From: Candidatus Moanibacter sp.
GTDB taxonomy: Bacteria > Verrucomicrobiota > Verrucomicrobiia > Opitutales > UBA2987
Reading direction: 5' to 3'
DNA length: 42,742 nucleotides
Assembly (NCBI GenBank): GCA_965215885.1
Contig: CBDCEW010000074.1
Coordinates: forward strand, 1-42,742
Below, piece by piece: positions 37,808 through 42,742 of the stretch. The notes below the pieces were generated by a model. That model worked only from the letters and a program-made list of their open reading frames with translations, was not told where the DNA came from and ran no database searches. Position numbers and translations under genes: made by a program. Every line of letters begins with the position of its first letter. Position 1 is the first letter of the stretch.

Positions 37808-38025
37808 GGAACCTGTCGGACTTAAAATGAAAAGATGAGAACGTCGGCGCAACCAGCCGCTAAAATATGCGAATCCTGTCATTGCGAGGAAGAATGACGA
37901 AGCAATCCAGGTTTTCGCGCCTTCATAACCGTGGATTGCCACGCTGCGCTCGCAATGACAGGCGAGTGGTTGAGCAGAATCACTTGGACTGGTCCCATTG
38001 AAAACAAAGTCCGACAGATTGCTAG
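37805..38025. mobile_element. MITE with CTAG flanks and an internal palindromic element
   Basis: ctag-gaacctgtcggactt ... aagtccgacagattg-ctag; internal cctgtcattgcgag ... ctcgcaatgacagg at 37875-37962. Confidence 0.75.
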
Positions 38026-38217
38026 GGCCTACTACCTGGGAATCTGGTAGGGAATAGAACCCATTGCCTCCCAGCCTTCATGTCACGCAGCCGGGATTTC
38101 GGCAGATCTTTCCTTCATTTCCAATGATTTCGAGCGGAAAGCATTGAAAAATGATAGGAATGAAGCTAATCTTATATTGTATATAATTCTTATTAAGAAT
38201 GGCTATTAATCGATACA

Positions 38218-38697
38218 ATGAATATCATAAACAATACTCGACTACGAGCGTTTACGCTTGTGGAAATCCTCATCGTGGTGGTGATAATCGGGCTCCTCGC
38301 TTCCATGGCTCTGCCGGCTTTTCAAAAAGTGTGGCGAAACTCCAGGTACACCACATTCATCAACGATCTCCGGGTATTTAAGGACGCCCTTAGCACCTGT
38401 GTCTTCGAAACCGGCAATCCCAATCAGGGATCGGGAACAGGGTCACTCTCTGCCGAATTCGCGCCCTACGTCAGTAGCGACAAATGGACCGGAGGCACCC
38501 CCATAGGAGGCGGGTGGGACGTGGAGTATAACAAGAGTGGGATCGGCCTGGGCGTGGGAGCACAGGGCACTATTTTGCCCGACAGTGACCTGCTCATCAT
38601 CGACGGAAAATTTGACGACGGAAATCTCGGCACCGGGAAACTTCAAAAGATTGCCGGTGACCGTTATTACTGGGTCATCCAACAGAATTCCTTTTAG
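38218..38697 (+). CDS. Type IV pilin/pseudopilin-like protein
   Basis: RA|FTLVEILIVVVIIGLLASMALP prepilin cleavage/methylation motif. Confidence 0.92.
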   Translation: MNIINNTRLRAFTLVEILIVVVIIGLLASMALPAFQKVWRNSRYTTFINDLRVFKDALSTCVFETGNPNQGSGTGSLSAEFAPYVSSDKWTGGTPIGGGWDVEYNKSGIGLGVGAQGTILPDSDLLIIDGKFDDGNLGTGKLQKIAGDRYYWVIQQNSF

Positions 38698-38709
38698 GAA
38701 TCCGCGATC

Positions 38710-39540
38710 CTAAAAATCTGCCCGACTGACAGGCCTGGTCTGGAGTCTTCTGAATCTCACGATCTCCTGGCCGATACCGGTATCGGATTGCTGATTTTCG
38801 ATTGTCTCTTCGTATTCCTCGATGCTGGCCTGGTTAGCTTCGAGCTTCACAGCCAGTTCCTTTCTTTCCGCGATTAGCTTTTCTCGCAATACCGAACTGA
38901 GATCGTGGGCCTGCAATGATTCATGAATCTGATTGAATCGCTCCACCAGAGGCGCGCTTTCCTCGTTGATGCTCTCAATCTCATAGTTCAGGTGTTCCAC
39001 TGTATACTGACGTTCAAAGTCTTTCTCCGCCCGGTCCGACCGCATGCGAAACACGGCCTCCGCCCGTACCGTCTCCAGATTTACCAGTAGCATTCCCTGT
39101 CTTGTGGGCAAAAACCGGAAACATGCATCGACCAGAAGGTCTGTTTCCGGATCATCATATTTCTGAATCAGCAGGTAATAAGTCTCATTCCGACGGACTC
39201 GGGCGACAACGCGACCCTCGGAATTTGAAGTGAAGACGCTCACAGGATTGTAGGAAAGAAAGAGGTGGTTGAGTTTCCGCACCTCCTCCATCTTTCGACC
39301 ACCAGAGGCGCCGTTCCTCGTGTCCGGTTTATAACGCCGCAGACTATCCGCGTACTCCTTACCGTCTTCCTTCGATAGAATAATACACTTCACACGGGAG
39401 AGGCCGGAGATATCCGCAGCCGAGGTAATCGGCTTAAATTTCACTTCCTTATCCGTGATGTAGAACGGATAAAACACTTCCTCGGCGTGAGAGAATCTAA
39501 ATGTTGGAAAGGCGACCAACAAGAGTGCACATAACCTCAT
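38710..39540 (-). CDS. Hypothetical secreted protein with a C-terminal coiled coil
   Basis: Signal-like MRLCALLLVAFPTFRFSHA; start trimmed to ATG at 39540. Confidence 0.65.
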   Translation of the reverse strand: MRLCALLLVAFPTFRFSHAEEVFYPFYITDKEVKFKPITSAADISGLSRVKCIILSKEDGKEYADSLRRYKPDTRNGASGGRKMEEVRKLNHLFLSYNPVSVFTSNSEGRVVARVRRNETYYLLIQKYDDPETDLLVDACFRFLPTRQGMLLVNLETVRAEAVFRMRSDRAEKDFERQYTVEHLNYEIESINEESAPLVERFNQIHESLQAHDLSSVLREKLIAERKELAVKLEANQASIEEYEETIENQQSDTGIGQEIVRFRRLQTRPVSRADF

Positions 39541-39666
39541 ACACAGGTTAAGTACTTCAAACCGCAAACATACTGAAGACTCCCCGTCCCCGCATGCCGG
39601 GACGGGGCATCTAACTTTTTCGCCAATAAGTCCGTATTTGCCTGTGCTCATTACCTGGTTGAAAGA

Positions 39667-39737
39667 AACGTCCCCGAAGGGGCCGTTCCACCACTAACTA
39701 CTTTGCTAGGGGTGGATCGGGCGCTCCGCGCACGATG
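39667..39737. repeat. GGTGGA-type REP pair, copy 2
   Basis: Inverted GGTGGA-headed palindromes; 39695-39737 matches 6120-6162. Confidence 0.72.
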
Positions 39738-39821
39738 GACAATACAATCGAGTCAGCGAACCCGTCCCAGCATTTCGAGACACAAAATTACCAAGTAAAA
39801 GAAACACCTCCAATATTCGGC

Positions 39822-41594
39822 TTAGACAGATTTCCGCGAGAATACACGGAGCGAACGCAACCGATTCAGGGCTGCCGCAACTTCATGCCGGCGGGGCCGA
39901 CTGAAGTTTCCGGGATGCTCCGAACCATCCTCGGAGTAGCGATAATAGGGATTTAGGACGTCGAGTCCGCGCTGATCAAGCAATTCTTCAAAGGCGTCCA
40001 GTGCTTCACAAAGCGAGACTTGATTGTTCATAAACCGCCGGGACATCAAATGGAGCGCGTAACCCACGGCTCTTGTCTGGCTGCGTTCGACCAACTGTTC
40101 TACAGCCTGCATATCAATATTCTCGTATCCAAATCGGATCGTGTGGAGGGCAGGACAATCAATCTTTACCCTACCCCTCTTTCTCGTTGGGTCGATCGAT
40201 TTCCCTTCAGGACTCCTTTCGGTGACATCCGGAATATCACCAAGCGCCTCGGATTCTCTCTGAGTGGGAAACTTCGAAGCGATCTCCTTCACAGCGATGG
40301 TGGTATCGAGGGGACAATAATCCCGCATTACGATTACGGTATCGGCGCAGTCAAAATAGTCTCCCGAGCCTCCCATTACAAGCACGGTTGAGACGCCGTG
40401 TTTGGCATAGAGTTGTTGAACGCGGTCAACCACCGGGGTGATCGGCTCCTGGCTTCGCTTCACCAGCGCTTGCATTCGCGCGTCGCGAACCATGAAATTC
40501 GTAGCCGAAGTGTCCTCGTCGATGAGTAGCGTCTGCGCTCCCGCCTCAACCGCTTCAATAATCGCGGCCGCCTGGCTCGTGCTCCCGGACGCTTCCTCGG
40601 TGGAAAACGCTTCGGTGGACTGGCCACTTGGCAGGTCACGGATAAAAGGAGAAATATCCACCTTCTCAATTCTGCGTCGGTCCTCAGCCCGGATCTTTAC
40701 GGCGTGCGGATCCGTCACCACATATTCCCGGCCATCTCCCGGTACGTGGGGGTAAACGCATCGTTCCAGAGCCCGCAAAAGGGTCGATTTACCATGATAT
40801 CCTCCACCTGCAATCAGGCTCACGCCCTTCCCGATCCCCATGCCGGATACTCTCCGCCCACTTCCCCAGAACGAATCTACCGGATTCGGCAACTGAAACT
40901 CCACCCGAAGAGATTCGGGGCTGGCGAAGCGGACAGCCTGACCGATTTGAAGCGGCTGCTCGCTGACTCCAGTTCTGCGAGGCAGAATCGCACCGTCCCC
41001 AATAAATGCGACAAGCTCACGCTTTCCCAACTCAGCACGAATTGCCTCCTGGTTCTCTACACAAAAAGCCCACTTGCGGGCTGCCGTATCGACTTCATCA
41101 GTCCATACGAGGCCTTCGCGGGCCAGTTCCGGAAGATCCCGGCAGAGTATGTCGCCCGCGCGATGTCCCAGGATTCGCCTTCCGGCTGCGGGGAGACCAA
41201 CTTCGATCCGGGCTTCCACCCATCCCGCAGTGATCACGACCGCACTTCGCTCGAGAACTTCCTGCCCGCCGGCATCAATAAAAACCAGACCGCTCTTTCC
41301 ACTGCCTCCCCTTCGTTCCGTCTCCTCAATCTTACTCTTCACACGCCGCGCCAGAAAATCCGCGACAGCGATGCGGCGGATCTTGCGGTCACATACCTCT
41401 GGAGGGATGGCGGCGACTTCCGAAGAGAGTCGAAGTCGCAATTTAGACGGCGCCGCGAAGGGATCACCTTGCACATAATCGATGAATAAGCGACCACCGC
41501 TAAACTCGAAACTACCTGCGATATCGCGATAACTCTTGTAACCGCGACCATCGATTCGACGAAGTGTGTGCTCCAAGTCTTGAATATCACTCAT
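39822..41594 (-). CDS. Predicted ABC-class ATPase (ABC_ATPase domain family)
   Basis: VQGDPFAAPS, GGGYHGKST, ASGSTSQAA, LIDEDTSATNFM, AAALNRLR. Confidence 0.9.
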   Translation of the reverse strand: MSDIQDLEHTLRRIDGRGYKSYRDIAGSFEFSGGRLFIDYVQGDPFAAPSKLRLRLSSEVAAIPPEVCDRKIRRIAVADFLARRVKSKIEETERRGGSGKSGLVFIDAGGQEVLERSAVVITAGWVEARIEVGLPAAGRRILGHRAGDILCRDLPELAREGLVWTDEVDTAARKWAFCVENQEAIRAELGKRELVAFIGDGAILPRRTGVSEQPLQIGQAVRFASPESLRVEFQLPNPVDSFWGSGRRVSGMGIGKGVSLIAGGGYHGKSTLLRALERCVYPHVPGDGREYVVTDPHAVKIRAEDRRRIEKVDISPFIRDLPSGQSTEAFSTEEASGSTSQAAAIIEAVEAGAQTLLIDEDTSATNFMVRDARMQALVKRSQEPITPVVDRVQQLYAKHGVSTVLVMGGSGDYFDCADTVIVMRDYCPLDTTIAVKEIASKFPTQRESEALGDIPDVTERSPEGKSIDPTRKRGRVKIDCPALHTIRFGYENIDMQAVEQLVERSQTRAVGYALHLMSRRFMNNQVSLCEALDAFEELLDQRGLDVLNPYYRYSEDGSEHPGNFSRPRRHEVAAALNRLRSLRVFSRKSV

Positions 41595-41848
41595 GCGATC
41601 GGTTGAGTTGGGATCGGCAGCAAAATCCTTGAGTTTGCGAATTAATCGATCCGTATCGTACTCCGCAATTGCCTTCGTGCGCTTTTTGCGGAGTTAATTG
41701 CAATGTTTTATTATTTGGCCCACAAGCTGCCTGTCGAATATGTAAGTGTTGCACATGAAGGCGAATGCCTTAATTCGCTCTTCGAAGCAAGGGGTCAAGC
41801 CTCTGACCTGATTCCGCTGAAAAAGCCCTTCTTTCGTAGACCTCGACT

Positions 41849-41923
41849 ACCCTGCCGTACGGCAGGGCGGCTATAAATATCAACGACTTACGAGATCTTG
41901 TAGCCGCGTTCGTAAGAACGTGG
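41849..41923. repeat. GTAGCCGC-type REP pair
   Basis: accctgccgtacggcagggcggcta and gtagccgcgttcgtaagaacgtgg; the second is identical to 16199-16222. Confidence 0.72.
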
Positions 41924-42133
41924 GGGTTTTTCACCGGAATCTGACCGGTCCTACGACAGGATTCGGGTCAGCCGCGAGTGGCGCTAAGATAGACCGTATA
42001 TCTATCGCTCGCAACGGTCTCCGTCCTGCTGCGCGAACTGCGCCCAGTCAGGAGCGAGCTTCCTACGGGTTTCATAATTTGTTGCAGGAAGGCCGCTTGC
42101 GGCCGAAATCTCACCGAATTCGTTTTCGGAAAC

Positions 42134-42613
42134 TCAACCCGAGAAGGAACGGTTCCGATTCAGGTAACGCGCGTGGAGAAAGTACTTCAACGCTTTGAAC
42201 TGTTCTTTTTCGAGACGCCCTTCCAGATTCTTAAGATCCAAGATGGCCGATACTGTTCTTGGTAATCTCTTCTTATAGCCGCTGATCACTCTGTTCTGGA
42301 TCTTCCAAAGTTTGTCCGAAATGACACCTTCAGATATATCTACGTCTCCGAGGAAAATGTCAGCTCCCTGTTGATAGAGGGATAGATCAAGCTTTCTGAC
42401 AGTTGACGTCCCTTTAGAGGAATTTGCATACTCGTTGAATTCTTCTCTAGCTTCATTAGCGAATCTATCCGAACTGTTGCGAATCGTATCCATGTCGTAT
42501 TCGCCAAGACTGCCTGGGCTTTGCGCCCCACTGCCTTCGGCCGACACCGTCATCAAACAAGCAGCCGGAACCACAGAGAGAAATAAGAGAAAATTGTGCT
42601 TTTTCATGATCAT
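42134..42613 (-). CDS. Hypothetical exported protein
   Basis: Signal-like MKKHNFLLFLSVVPAACLMTVSA; AGGAG upstream of the start. Confidence 0.7.
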   Translation of the reverse strand: MIMKKHNFLLFLSVVPAACLMTVSAEGSGAQSPGSLGEYDMDTIRNSSDRFANEAREEFNEYANSSKGTSTVRKLDLSLYQQGADIFLGDVDISEGVISDKLWKIQNRVISGYKKRLPRTVSAILDLKNLEGRLEKEQFKALKYFLHARYLNRNRSFSG

Positions 42614-42742
42614 AAGAGAACTCCTGAATTGCTCCCATTCCTAAAATCGGAGCCAATTGTCACGTTAGAGAGGAGGCCCATGCTCAATTCCGCCAGGCTA
42701 CTAAAACCTAGAATTTCAGTCTCCCGAATTCCTTTCAGCAAC

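Noticed and set aside
1..42742. CRISPR array, tRNA or rRNA genes, prophage or anti-phage defence operon
   Set aside because: No regularly spaced direct repeats, cloverleaf or rRNA signatures, or phage/defence gene sets were recognised; the CPBP 'Abi' gene and the ABC-class ATPase are stand-alone.

Overview
Bacterial chromosomal window, probably Verrucomicrobiota (Opitutales-like, inferred from recalled protein families). Housekeeping and accessory genes include metG, a sat/cysC fusion, trpS, an HD hydrolase, an HDOD protein, a CPBP protease, a 1270-aa surface protein, hslR, MaoC, ltaE, a ferredoxin, an NMT1-type binding protein, a PfkB kinase, an MFS transporter, a pilin and an ABC-class ATPase. 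These are interspersed with at least five IS types, non-autonomous derivatives and several REP-like palindrome families. The most notable signal is at 488-2175: a sigma70-like promoter, a 25-codon Met-rich leader ORF, a competing antiterminator and an intrinsic terminator. These precede a methionyl-tRNA synthetase with only one internal Met (KMSKS is KIGKS), suggesting a Met-tRNA-sensing attenuator that controls a Met-sparing MetRS. Also notable are an 86-bp IS200-end-only element nested in another IS, a two-ORF transposon joined by a conserved A9 slippery run, and an IS-on-IS rearranged block at 22651-36270. All calls were made by eye and no database searches were run.
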